This document shows, in pieces, positions 11,091-23,496 of a DNA stretch of 64,000 nucleotides. Position 1 is the stretch's first letter; each line of letters starts with the position of its first letter. The notes under the pieces were generated by a model that saw nothing but the letters and a program-made list of their open reading frames with translations, was not told the DNA's origin and did not search any database. The position numbers and the translations under genes are program-made. The DNA lies in assembly GCA_017654855.1 (NCBI GenBank), contig CM030336.1, positions 2,356,001 to 2,420,000 on the forward strand. The letters run 5' to 3'. This DNA is from Podospora anserina (Eukaryota).

Positions 11091-13536
11091 TTACCCAACA
11101 TACCCCCCTTGACCAGGGCCATACAACCTCTGCCTCTTCTCCGGCCGATCATCCCCCGCACCTCCTCCCATCCCTCCCATCTCGGGCAGTCTCGTCACCG
11201 GCCCTGGCCCAGCCTGCATGTACCCCGCATACTGCTGCTGCTGCTGCTGTCCCGGCCCCGGCCCCCTCTGCGAACCCCCCGGGGTCAGCACCATCCCGCC
11301 CACCCCTTGCCCGCTCCCAACAGCGTTCATATACCCGCCTTGATCCAGCCGGGGGCTAGCATGCTGCTGCTGCTGCTGGACCTGCTGATGTTGAACCTGC
11401 TGCATGGTCGTGCCGGGGGAGTGCCACGACGCGGTCGTCGAAGGAGACGGTATGGGCGTCTGCTCGTACTTGACCTGGACCTGGGCAGCCTGGTTGATGG
11501 CAGCTTGCATCGAGGCTGCCATGTTGGCGTTGGCGTAGCCGCCTGTCGGGGGTCCCGGGCCGCCGGCGGTTTGCTGCCCTCCTCCGCCGTTGCCGGCCGA
11601 GGTGGGGTCGTTAGGATCGTTGAGCACGCCGGCCGATTGGGGGTCTTTGAGCATGCGGGTGAGGTGCTTTTTGAGGATGCGGACCATGCCATCTCTTGTG
11701 AAGGGCTTGGCTAGGACGTCGTTCATTCCTGGTGGCAAAGACATTAGGACCCGGGGTAAATATATGTGGAAGAGAAGGCAACTTACCGAACTGGAAATAG
11801 GTCTGGATATCTTCTTGTCGAATGTTGGATGTCATGGCGATGATGGGGATTTGCGGCGTCACCATCCGGATCATGGCCGTGGCGGAAACGCCGTCTAGGT
11901 TGGGCATGATGATGTCCATAAAGACGAGGTCGAACCGGTCAGCATCCGTGTTAATCTTTTCGACAGCCTCGAGGCCGTCACGCTACAAGGAAGGCAAGAA
12001 AACACGTTAGCCACGTTTTCCGGGCATCGAATTCCCGGAGGCGGACTTACAGCAGTCTCTACACTACAATCCATATTCGTCAGGAACTTGGACCCGATCC
12101 TTGCGCACGTCTTGTCGTCCTCTACCAACAAAATCTGCGGCTTCTTTCCTCTCCACAGTGAGCCGTTTTGCTCCTTGCCCGGTGGAGGTGAGATTTGCGA
12201 TGGCGCCTCGGTCATCACATTAGGGTTACTGAGCGGTCGGCTGTATGGGATATTGTGGATGTGGTCGGCGTGGAATGGATCGATACCCTGTGTTTGGCCC
12301 ACAGGATACACAAGATGTCTTGGATCGCTGAAGGGATCGTGCACAACGTTCATCGAGGTCTGGGGACCGGCGTGGGTGAACATGACGGAGGAACCTGCGC
12401 TCTCGGCCGGGGAGCCGTTTTGGTGGTAGGCCATGGACAACCTTTCGAGTTCGCGGTCGGCCTGAGAGTCGGGAGATACCCCGTTAAGGATCTCGCGCGC
12501 ACGTCGCAGTTCCGGAGCTGGCTCGTCGGTCCCGTCTGGCAACAGTCCCAAGGTTCCCTGGTGATAGTTGGTGCCGGAGTGGCTCGAGTGAGAAGACTGG
12601 GCTGAATGGCGGCTGTTGCGCCGTCTGTCCTCCATGTTGTTGAGGTGTGATATCAGCTCGTTGGACGCCTGGCTTTGGGCGCGGAGCATCTTTTGCAAAC
12701 TCAGAACCTCGGCGACGAGCAGCCGGTTCGTGCGATCGAGTTCAAGGTACTGCTCTTGCAAGGTTTGTATCTGAACATTGGTGGCATTCAGGGATTCGCT
12801 AAGGACCACGATCTGCTGCGATGCTGGGAACGCATCTTCTGTTGGAGGTGGTTTTCGGGGAGCCGGCGCTTTCCTCCGGATGTTGTCCAGTTGGTCTTTT
12901 CTGTCTGCCCGAAACTCGGGATGCTTGAATTCCCAGGCCTTTTTTCGAGAAGAAATTCATCGTCAGTCCATGCGCGCGCAAGAGGTAAGAAGGTAGAGAC
13001 GGGAGAGAATGTCAACATACATCCCGGCCATATGGCGCCTCGCCACTCTCTTCGTTGTGCCTAACTTTGTGGAAGTCGTACTTGTTTAGTTGGCGCACGA
13101 AACTCGCAAAGTTGCTGTGTTTGAAATGTTTGGGGAGGATTGTTTTCGTGAATTTCTCGTTCTGTTCATGTCGAATGTCAATGTCCATTTCTCGATCCAG
13201 CGCTGGAGACGACGCAGCATACCTCCAACACCACAAAACTGTCGCCTTCGGGACTCCATCGTACTACCGAGTTGTAAGAGGGATCCTCGAGCATTCTGCG
13301 ACATCATCGTAAGCTTTCGTCCTGGATCTGGGGTTTGAAGAGGTTCATTGGCTACATACTTGTAGAGTTTGCGCACCTGGAGAACGGAGAGCTATGTTAG
13401 CAACTGGTAAACCGGCTTGCGACAAAGGGAATAGGGGCAGCTGGCTGCAGAAAGGGAGCTCACTTACAAAGTCGCTGGAGTTAGTCCCAGGCTGGGCGGC
13501 GGCGGGAGCGCCCGAGTCACTATCTGGTGGCGGCAT
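11091..13536 (-). CDS. SKN7: HSF-type DNA-binding response regulator (Skn7/Prr1/SrrA)
   Basis: Multi-exon gene. HSF domain (FVRKLYKMLEDP...[24 protein letters not shown]...WEFKH), coiled coil, receiver domain (ILLVEDD...[11 protein letters not shown]...IIAMTSN...NDVLAKPF) and Q/G-rich tail. Confidence 0.95.
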
Positions 13537-13615
13537 GATCGCGATGTAGGTAACAGCGTCCTTCCGAGATTTCGAGGATTGGGTAGGAGACGCGATTCCG
13601 TAGAGTGGTCTCGAA

Positions 13616-13672
13616 CACACACACAGCTACACACGCCTAACACACCACACACACACGCACACGCACACACAC
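13616..13672. repeat. Imperfect (CA)n microsatellite in the SKN7 leader
   Basis: Interrupted CA runs read directly. Confidence 0.8.
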
Positions 13673-16600
13673 AGGCACCCACGATAACAACGGGGGGGTG
13701 TGGTGTGTGCTGCGATAAGGCCTGGAACCTTTAGGTATGTAGGTAGCTAGCAAGTAAGTTGGTAGCACCAGTATAAGGGAATAAAACACAGATGCCCACC
13801 CCCTATGCCAAAAGCAAAAGCCCAGCAAGCAAGCAATTGCGCAAAACTGGGAATAACGGATAAGGTTTCGGGGGTTGGATAAGGTAGGTAGAATAGATTG
13901 ATCCAGATTCCAAGGGATCCAAAAAAGAGAGAGTTCGAGTGTCCAACCTCGCCCCGAAAAAGCACACACGCTCCAAGTTCCAGTCTTTCTTCTTTCTCTC
14001 TCCCAGGCCTTCTCCACTGGGGGAACCTTGGTGCTGGGGAGGGGGGGAATCGTAAAAGGGCGAAATGCAGCGGTTTTCCCTGTTGTCCGGACCGGCGCCT
14101 TTCGTTTTTTTCTCTTTTGTTTCGTTCCCACTTTTCGTTCGCAGTCCTTTCGGTATCATAGGTTGGCCGGACGCGGTCGAGTCGGCGGGCCGTCCGTCTC
14201 CTCACGACGTAATGTTCTGATGGCTTGTCCAACTGCTTGGGCCGCTTGTTCCAGAAGGAGGAGTGGGGAGTATAAAGGCAATAACAAAAAAAGAGGGATC
14301 TCGCGCACTTCCCACCTCTCACGTCGTCGGTGTGTGCAGATGTACTCTGTAGAAATAAATAAATGTTGCTATAACTAGGAGCCCCGACTGACAGTGGGAA
14401 AGACACCACAACTGCAGGGGGCGATTGCGGAGAAAGCGACAAGGTCTTGCGTAGCGTAGGCCTGATTGAGTGGGTTCGAAAACGGGGTAGCAAGGGGTTT
14501 TAACGGCGCTATGATTGGGGTTGGGAAATTTGGCGATTCTCAAAAACATGGGATTTCTCCAAAATCTTTCGCTTTTCGCGGTGCCGGAGAGAGCCAAGAG
14601 ACTGGCACCTCACCCTTTTACTGGCGGCGAAGGTGAAGGCCGAGGGGGGGGGAACAGAAGCAGATGTGACGGGGGTGTCAGGAGAGACGTCATTCAGTCA
14701 CGCCCTCAGCTGCGACCCTCGAAAAGGAGATCCCCGAAATGGATTCACTTGCTTGCGGTGAGATGCAAGATGTTCCCTCTCATCAACCGATGAAAGACCA
14801 CGGCCGGTGGAATGCAGCAGCAGGGCGGGGCCGTGGTGTAGTGTAGGTGCAGGTCCAATATCGGAGGATGGTGATGATCAGCGAAGCACCTGTAGCCCCA
14901 GGTGTGCATTCACCGCATTATCTTTCGCACCCAGTCACCCAGTGCCCCCATTGTTGATATGTCGTTCAGACGAGTGCGATGCGGGGGGGCTTGTCGCTTT
15001 TAGGGACAGGCATCGATCTCGTGCTGGTGGCGTTCCTTCTGCTTGTGAGACTGGGGTCTGACCCCTGGAGCATCATCACTGGGCGCCGCAGCCCAGCACC
15101 TGAGCAGCAAAAGTCGTCACGCCGTCACCAGTTTCCATTTTTGCAACGCTGGAGGCACATTTCCTGGCTCACGAGAGCAAAGCGTCAACTGCCCAACTGC
15201 CACGCTGCACCGAGGGTCCTGAGCCCAAGGAACTACTGTGGTATATGCCTAAGCCCCCGCTAGGACAACTAGACAAAACAAACTATCAAACTCGAATCAC
15301 TCCACATGCTATTTTCCAGTGCAGTGGCAAGAGAATGCCAAAGCACACTTTGACAGACGTCAAAGCTCTTCCATCAGACCATTGATGTTGGGTTGTGCCG
15401 GAAGACCGAATCGATGCAAGATAGGTTAGTTCACATCGATATGCCACCCCTTGAGCCTCAGAGCTCTCTGGAAACTCATTTATATCTCTCCAATTGCTTC
15501 ATACCTAGGACTAATAGATATTGTGGTCTTCCAAGTTTTAAACACCACCACACAGAGCCTCGTTTCAGCCTGAAGACAAGACCCCCCGGTGGAGTTCACA
15601 CCTCGCTAACCACACTTCTCAACCAACTTTTTCAACTCTCTTCCAACAGTCAAAACTCTTACTGGCAACCCACCCCCAACCTCCGAGCTTCTCTCCCTTC
15701 AAACCCCCCATCTCCACCAACTTTGTCTTGTCCCAAGTCACTTGTGCCGATACCCGAGCTTCCAAGCCTTGGTAGAAGGGACCTGCCATGGAAATAGGCG
15801 GCACCTGGATCCCAACTCGGGCAACGATCGACACCGGCACGTTGCGGTTCATGCCAGCACATGTTCCGCTACTTTTTTTTTCCTTCGCTGTTTCTTTTCT
15901 TTGACGGTATGCCGTAAGGAATAATGTATACAAGGACACCTGGGGCTGTTATACTAGTGTACCACTCCCTCGGGCCGCCTGCCCGAAAAAGATTTTGATA
16001 TTGGCTAGGAGGACCTGGCTGGAGACAAGAGTACACTATACTTCCAAACACGAGCTGCTAGCACTAACTCTCTGCCTATGGCAACCAGCTCGTCCTCAAA
16101 TCTCCTGATCCCAATGTCAGGCCATGGTACAAATAAGGAACCGAGGAATGCGCACAGGTTATTTACAGCCCCCTTTCTTCATGACACATCCGTGCAGACT
16201 GGACTGTGTGAAAAAGCTTGTTACTTGCAGCTGAGACATGTCTGTCGGAGACTATCCAGCGCCAGAAAAATCATCAGATGACATGACGACGTTTTACTTT
16301 TTCTCTCAACAACAACAATAACAACAACAACAAAATGATTCATCTCATTACTCCAACAGTGACAAACAGGACGTACAAGAGAAGAAAACAGAAAAGGGAA
16401 AGACAAAAACAAGGATCCTCCTATATCCTTATGCGGGTGTGCCTATATGTATATACGTACAGCTTTTTGTGCCAAAGTTGTGTGTGGTGTTGAAAAAAAG
16501 GTGAAAAGCGAATGTGTTTGTGTTTGTGTGTGAGAAAGCGATCCCCTATCCTCAACCCCAGCTCACGAGCAACCCGACCCCCTTGACTCCATCCAAAAAG

Positions 16601-16724
16601 GGGGTATAATGTTCCCAACCATCCGATGTGCTTACATCCCATCGTCATCACCACCCTCTTCCCCCCAACCCTTCCCCATACCCAATGCTCACTTTCCCTT
16701 CTTGGTATCCCCCATCTTGCGTTA

Positions 16725-16736
16725 ACAACGGCAACG

Positions 16737-16770
<34 letters not shown>
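16725..16770. repeat. (AAC)n microsatellite
   Basis: About 10 perfect AAC units with degenerate flanks. Confidence 0.9.
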
Positions 16771-16869
16771 AACACCCTCCTCAAGAAAAACAACAGCACC
16801 AACGAAGAGAGAACAATTTACCAAGAAAACAAGAAGAAAAAAAGCACAACGAGACATAACTCCCCTCAA

Positions 16870-19075
16870 CTACATCGCCTTCCCAACACTCCTCCCACTC
16901 CCCCCAGTCCCCACCCTCCTAATCCCCTCTATCCCCCCCTCCTCCTCATCCCTCCATCCACCCATCCCAGTAGTTGAACTCCCACCCCTAGCCACAACCG
17001 CCGGCCCAACATCCGGCCCGGGATCACTCCACCCCCCACCTTCCTCAAACCCCCCCAAACTACTCACCCCACTAGAGTACTTGCTCGAAAAGCTCTCCGC
17101 CCTCTGGCCCCTTTTCACCACCACCGCCGACTGCGGCTTCCTAATAACTACACTCCCACTCACGCTCCCTGTCCCCACCGTCCCTGCCGTAGACGAAATA
17201 ATGCTCGCCTTTTTCCCTTCAATCAGGATAGGAGGGGGTATATTCCCCATGCCGAGGAACTCTGGCCTTTCAAGGTCAAAGGGGTCAGAGCGGAATTTGT
17301 TGCGGCCCGGGATGGTGGTTGTTGTTACTGTGGTGGTGAAGGAGTCGCGGAGGCTGTCGCGGTAGAGGGTTGATTGTTGGTGGGGGGGACCGCCGGTGGT
17401 GGTAAAAGATTGGCCTCGGGAGCGGCGGATGTCGGATATGTAGGTTGTTGGTTTGCCTATGGCGTTGGCGTCGGAGAAGGGGTTCAACGGCGGGGGTTGG
17501 GCTGAGGAGCGGGGAGGGGGTGACGGCGTTGGCGTCGCTAAAGGGGTTGGTGTTGTTGTTGTTGTTGTTGTTGTTTTGGGAGGTGGAGGAAGAAAAGAGG
17601 TTAAGTCCGGAGAGGAAGTGATCTGTGCTAGAGGTGCTCCTCCGGTTGTTGCGCGACAGTGACCCGCGGCGGCGTTGGGCTTCGTGGTCGAGTTCGGATT
17701 CGTCCATTTCTAGCAGGGTCAGAAAGTCGGGTTGTTGTTGGTTTTGGCCGGGCAGGTTGTTGGCCATGGCGTTCTTCTCCGCGGTGGCGTTGTAGTTGCC
17801 CATCGCTGCTAGGTTGTCACTTGCCGGGTCTCGGTTCTTGAAGCCAATATCGGGTTTCATCCGGGAGAAGAAGTCGACGAATCGGTCTCTGGCTGATGCT
17901 TCACCTCCGCGGGTGTTGACTCCTGCTGAGCCGTTCCTGCTGTGGGTGATGTCGTTCGCGTCGATGAACTGCGACGTGCCCCGGTCCAGGTTGACCGAGT
18001 GCGCGCTGCTGCCTCCTCCTGTCTTGTTTCTGACGTGGGCGCGGAACTTGTTGAAGTTGATCCCCAGGGCCGCCTTGACTTTCTCGCTCACTGGGGTTGG
18101 CCCGATGCTCCCTCGCTGGATGATATAGGGGCCCCCTTTTTCGTTTCTGTCAAAGGAGGTGGCATCGAGCGGAGTCAGAAGAGTGCTCCGTCTTTTCCTG
18201 AGCATCCGACGCCTCCACCACCATAAGAAGAAGGCCAGTATGCTGAGGGCAACCACACCTCCGATGACACCTCCTGCCACGGCCAAGGTTGATTGCACTG
18301 CGTTGCTGTTGGAAGCTCCTGATGAACCTGCTGTCATGTCGGTATCGGGAAAGGCTCCACCACCAGCCGTGCCCTGAGGCGGCACGCCCCCAATGGTGGG
18401 CGAGACCGGTGTTGCTGCTGGGCCCCCATCAGGAAAGACTCCCGGTGGAGGCGATAGAGAATCCGAACTGTCCGTCTCCGAAGACCCTGGCAGCGCATTG
18501 GTAGAAGAGGCTATTACTCTGTTATCAGTCTGACTGTTCCGCGTGGCAGACGGCTCAACCATGAACTGCTGAGACGGGGCAGGTTCTGCAATGACAGCGA
18601 AGGACTGGAGAATAGCGCCAGCATCAGGCTGGAGTACAATAGGCAGAGGAGACAACGACGACACCGGCGGCGGGGGGCCCACCGGCGGCGGAGAGATCTC
18701 GGCTGGTGCCTGTACCACTTGCACCGATTCTGGCGCTGGGCTGGGAGGTGTGATGATGGGTGAGTTGATGACAGCCGGGGGGGAGCTCGTCGTACTTGGA
18801 GCAACAATCTCTTGCTCTACTTCATTGCCATCGTTGGCAGCAGGATCGGCTCTGTTGTCTCCTGCCCCTACCACTACCACTGCTGTCGTCTCGGCTGGTG
18901 CTGGCTCGGGCGTCGGCGTCGGCTGGACCTCGATGATGGCTGGCGGCGGTGTCGTCTGGACAGGGGCTGGCGTGTTCACGTCGGGCGACGCAACTGCCAC
19001 CTTGGGTATTGCCGTACATCTCCTCCCCTCGATCGATGTGAAGAACGCTCCCGCTGGGAGGTTGTTTGATGCCAT
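16870..19075 (-). CDS. Pro/Ser/Thr-rich single-pass membrane protein with an apparent frameshift near 17490-17520
   Basis: ORF 19075-17285 has a P/S/T-rich region, a TM helix (LAVAGGVIGGVVALSILAFFLWWW) and RRR. The protein-like tail (NPFSDANA..RSDPFDLERPEF..SDPGPDVGP) continues in the +1 frame ORF 17487-16870. Confidence 0.75.
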
Positions 19076-20547
19076 CTTGTTCTCTTTGTTTTTTCTAAAC
19101 CCCTACACACACTCTCTCGAAATCCTGTTCGGTTCGGCGAGGCCAGTCGCTATCGAAGGAAAGGTCTAAAAATACAATCAAAAAAAGGACGACTCAAAAG
19201 AAGCGAAGATGCTTGGCCTCTAGGGCCTTCTAGGACATTGCTAGAATCATAAGATGAGTATGAAAAGAAGAGAGAGAGAACGGGCAGGTATCTCCTGTCG
19301 AAGGAGATGGCAAACAAGCGACGGCCTGCGGCTAAAGTTGAACTCAACACAACACCCAGAAAGTGGTGATGCCGGGTGAATAGACGAGGAGACGGGGAGG
19401 GAGAGGATGAGATCTGGGGTTGGGGATAGGGCACGGTGGTGAGAGAGGCACGACTGGCGCTCTCACGATGTGCCCCTCGCTCGACGGCAGCATGTCCCAA
19501 AGGGGACGGCTCTGACATTCAGCACGGGCAGCATAATGGTTGGCAGTGGTTTGATGGACGACAGTAGGGGTTCTGGGCGAGCTGCCATTGGCTGGACGAG
19601 GACAAGACGTCGGAGAGCACGCGCAGGGGATCACCCGTGAGGCTCTTGATCTGAGTATGGTTCCAGAAACGTTGTGGTGGTGCTGACCCCTGTCCTGCGA
19701 CAGTCTTGAGGCATCTTCCCCGCTGCCCCTTTTTGCGGGGAACGGGCGCTTGTTCTGGGCAGTGGTGATGTTAGTCAGAGGCAGTCAAAGACGAGATGAA
19801 CCATGGTGAAGATGAGTATAAACTGTAGGATGCGAGTGTCGACATGTGTATTGTCAGAGATGTCGATGCTGCTCACTCCAGAGGCCAAGCAAGTGAGAGT
19901 TGCTCCGTACCTTAGCCAAATGTTCATCAGCCAGACTGAGGTTGGCATTGGAGAGGCACAGATGGTTGAGCATCTTCTGAAACAGTGACTGTTCGGCAGG
20001 GGAAACGCCGGATCCGCTTCAGTGAACCACCACACCACCAGTTGACAAGCTCAAAATGCCCCAATTGGGTTTAGCTGTGGTCGTTGATGCGAACGCGATG
20101 GCGCGAGGTCCCGCGACAACGGGCACGTCCGACCGAACCCCCGGGAAGCGGAGCCCAAGCTTCGGACCCCACGCCGCCATCCCCGTTCAGGCCGGAAAGG
20201 AGATTGCAGAATGCGGTTGGGTGGTGCTTCCAGTCGTCGCCTTACGTGGCAGTTTGAGACGAAGAACTTGAGGTGAACCCAACTGAGGAAGACAAGGAAT
20301 AATACATGAATTCGCCCACCGCCGAACGAGACCCCGGATCGGATCACGTTGGCTGCGTGGACGCACGGTTCATTTCGGTCCGGCACGCTATCTCATGCAA
20401 CGCCAACGAATGTCGACTCCCCCGCTTCCCGCCCCTCCGAAGGTGTATTCGTAGCTCTCCACCGCCGCCAGAACCACCGCTGCTTTTCCTCGAAGTAGAG
20501 GAGAGACTACGAAGTAATCAATTCTAATTGAATTCCTGTGCTTCCAT

Positions 20548-20576
<29 letters not shown>
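20548..20576. repeat. (CA)14 microsatellite
   Basis: Perfect CA run. Confidence 0.95.
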
Positions 20577-20578
<2 letters not shown>

Positions 20579-21092
20579 TTGTGTGTGAGCCCAGACCTGA
20601 TCGGCGATAACAGCTAAGGTCCCCTGTGCCTAGGCGTCTGTCGTTTCGATTCCTGATCAACCTCGCTTCCTTCCCCCGCAAAGCAGCCTTACCTAAGTAA
20701 TCAAAATGTTTGGAAGTCTACATACCCTCAGTGAGTAATCATCGTTCGACTCTTTCCATACGGTCAGTCATCAGTCATCAGTCAAGTCAGTTCCCCCTTG
20801 GCGTGACACAAGAGAGACCGCTCCTTCCGTCCGTCGGAAGCACTGGCACTGGCACTGGCACTGGCTAGCTAGTTAGTACCTGACGGCGGCTGCCGTGTCC
20901 ATGAGCCATGAGTTCAAACAGACCCAAACGGCGTCGGATGGCGTCGCGGAAAGAACCGTTGCCAGTTGTCTTTGCCTGCCCAGTTGCTAGCTTCCATCCG
21001 TCTCTTTAAGGTTTATGCGGCAGTTGACGTCCGCTGAGTGATCCTCATTGGGCCTTTTCTGATGAGATGGTTTAGTTCCTGCCGCACCGTTA

Positions 21093-22844
21093 TTGTCCAA
21101 CATCAAGCCCGAGGACATCCCACCGCCTACACCTATCAACTTTCCCCAATGCTATCTCCAGGTCCAGAATGACGATCAGCAACAAACCGACTCGGCTCCT
21201 GAGGGCCGGGCCCGGAAGCCTGTTACGAAGTTGCTGCAGAGCATAGTGCGGCCAACTGACCTTTCCATATCGCACCTGGAAGCCTTGGGAGTGCACGTCA
21301 TCCCGAACTCGGCCCCCCAGGAGCTCGTCCCAGACCCGTCCTTCATCCCGGACTTTGCTGCTTGGGATGCTCTCTCAGGTGAGGAGGCCCATCTGAAAAA
21401 TGAATCTACCAGGAAACGTCTGAACAATGGCGCACTGTCCCCCGGCTGCCAGACTTACCTGGACCGGAAGCGTGAGCTGTCTATCGACAATGATGCCGCC
21501 TACCGGACCGTCCGTAGGTTGCCCGCCCCCAAAGGTCAACCTCAAGCTCGGTTAGGAAATGCCTATGAGTTCTACCGTCACCTCGAGCTGTTCACACCCT
21601 ACTGGGATGACACTTCGAAACCAACACCGCCTGGGCCCAAGCCAACAGAAACGACATCTTCAGAAACTGCCAGTGGCGCAGAAAGTGACGCCAAAGAGCA
21701 GGAAGACGATGCCAACACCCCCAAGGAAGCCCAATACTTCAGGACTTTTTCCGGTGACAAGATGCCCCCCGACTACCGCGGCGGCATGGTCACCGCCTTC
21801 CTCAAGCTCGTAGCCTACGACTTTGGCTGCAACGTCACCTCCCCCCGTGTCGAACCCCGTCTCCTCATCACCACCAACCAGTCTTCCCCCCGGTCTCGCA
21901 GTTCCTACTTCACCTCCGGATGCACATTCCTCTTCCGCTCACCCACCACCCGTGAAGCCGCCCGCGCCGGTGTAGTCGAAGGCCCCCTCGCCGCCGTCTC
22001 AGCCCGGCACACCACCGCCTTCCCACCAACCCCCTCAACAGACAGGGAATCCCTCCTCGACCTCTCCCGCGAGCTCATCACAGCCCTCATCACAGCCCAG
22101 CACCGCGCTCGCGAAGGGAAAACAGAGAAACGCATCGGGGAAAACGCCTGGTGGGCCACCAAGCCCAGGTGGGGAGGCGGTCCAGGAGGTCCCATAGGAA
22201 GGGAAATCGAAGCCCAATCCGCCAAGTCAACCAACGACGTCATCCTCGGCGACAAGGATGCCCCTCCTCCCCCTGTTGTCCCCCCTTCTCCTGCTATTCC
22301 CTCTTCGCCAGCACCCCCTCCTTCCTCGGCACCATCAATAACCAGCTCCCTCGCCCGCCGGCCTTATTCTTCGCTTTCCCCCTCCTCCTCAAGAAGTAAC
22401 TCCAGCTCTGGCTCAAGCTCGAAACGTCTAAAGACAAAGTCGGGCAAAGACGGAAAGCAAAACCCTATTTATGACGCGTACCGCCGTGTTCAACCTCCTA
22501 ACTCGACGTGGGACAAAAAGGCAAAGTATACTGCTATCGGAAGGGTCAAAGCAGCGGGGTATGATGATATTTTTGTCATTTCGGGGTTATTCCACCACAT
22601 CAGCGTTGTCCGCGTCAGGGTGCCAAACAGGTTGTTGGAAGTGCTAGAGGGGGATTTGAACGAGATTGACAAGAGGGGGGGAAGGAGCTGGGGGAAGATT
22701 GAGGTGAGAAGGAGTCAGTGGTTTGACTTTTTCAAGGTGGAGGAGAGGATCGAGGCGGTGCAGCTGCTTTGGGGGCTTATGGCTTGGTTGATGAGGGAGG
22801 AGGAGAAGGGGCAGGGGGGAGGGGATGTGGTTATGAGTGGTTGA
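21093..22844 (+). CDS. Fungal hypothetical protein (start codon unresolved)
   Basis: 583-codon ORF with coding-like composition and W-rich motifs (WWATKPRWGGG, WDKKAKY, YDDIFVISGLFHHISV). No in-frame ATG until about codon 224. Confidence 0.75.
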   Translation: MSNIKPEDIPPPTPINFPQCYLQVQNDDQQQTDSAPEGRARKPVTKLLQSIVRPTDLSISHLEALGVHVIPNSAPQELVPDPSFIPDFAAWDALSGEEAHLKNESTRKRLNNGALSPGCQTYLDRKRELSIDNDAAYRTVRRLPAPKGQPQARLGNAYEFYRHLELFTPYWDDTSKPTPPGPKPTETTSSETASGAESDAKEQEDDANTPKEAQYFRTFSGDKMPPDYRGGMVTAFLKLVAYDFGCNVTSPRVEPRLLITTNQSSPRSRSSYFTSGCTFLFRSPTTREAARAGVVEGPLAAVSARHTTAFPPTPSTDRESLLDLSRELITALITAQHRAREGKTEKRIGENAWWATKPRWGGGPGGPIGREIEAQSAKSTNDVILGDKDAPPPPVVPPSPAIPSSPAPPPSSAPSITSSLARRPYSSLSPSSSRSNSSSGSSSKRLKTKSGKDGKQNPIYDAYRRVQPPNSTWDKKAKYTAIGRVKAAGYDDIFVISGLFHHISVVRVRVPNRLLEVLEGDLNEIDKRGGRSWGKIEVRRSQWFDFFKVEERIEAVQLLWGLMAWLMREEEKGQGGGDVVMSG

Positions 22845-23496
22845 GGTTGGGAGGGGGTTGGAAATGAAAGGATAAGATGAAGTGGGAATTTAATGGATAT
22901 ATATGTAGCAGATGGAAGGATCTAAAAAAAAGACAGCAAAGTACGAAAGCGAATTCAGGACAGGATACCACATATCTGTCATTTCGGTGTACTCGTTGCA
23001 TTATTTCTGATGTTAAAAGGGTGAAAAGGATTTCATAAGTCATCAACATCGTCAAAACCCCAAGATCAAGAAAGAGAACCCAACATTTGTTGCTTGACCG
23101 TCAAAGTGGCAAGAAATAAGAGACAACAGACATTATAAAGTGAGAGACATATATATGTACCCCCAGGAGACTTGTAGCAATTAGCGAGCGACCCTTTTTA
23201 CTCCTCAGCCAAAATGAAAGAAAGAACCAAAATTCATATCATCATTTTTATCATTTTTCCTCTGAACATATCACTAACCCCCACATAATTCCTGCATCCC
23301 TGTCCTACAATAAAAGCCATGACATACATCAAAAACAATCCCAAATATTCAAAAGATTCTTCGACTTCTCCCTACCAAAAAATCCACCAGTAGATTTTTT
23401 CTTTTGTGTGTGACATCCAAAAGGGGATACAAGAAAACCCCTCAAATCGTATATACAATTTCATGCCAAGTGATTATTATCTTAGTAGGAACGTCC

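Noticed and set aside
13747..14493. 248-aa ORF upstream of SKN7
   Set aside because: Low-complexity leader/promoter sequence with no coding signal.
20548..20588. (CA)n followed by GTGTGTG forming a hairpin
   Set aside because: A short stem is expected by chance next to a microsatellite.
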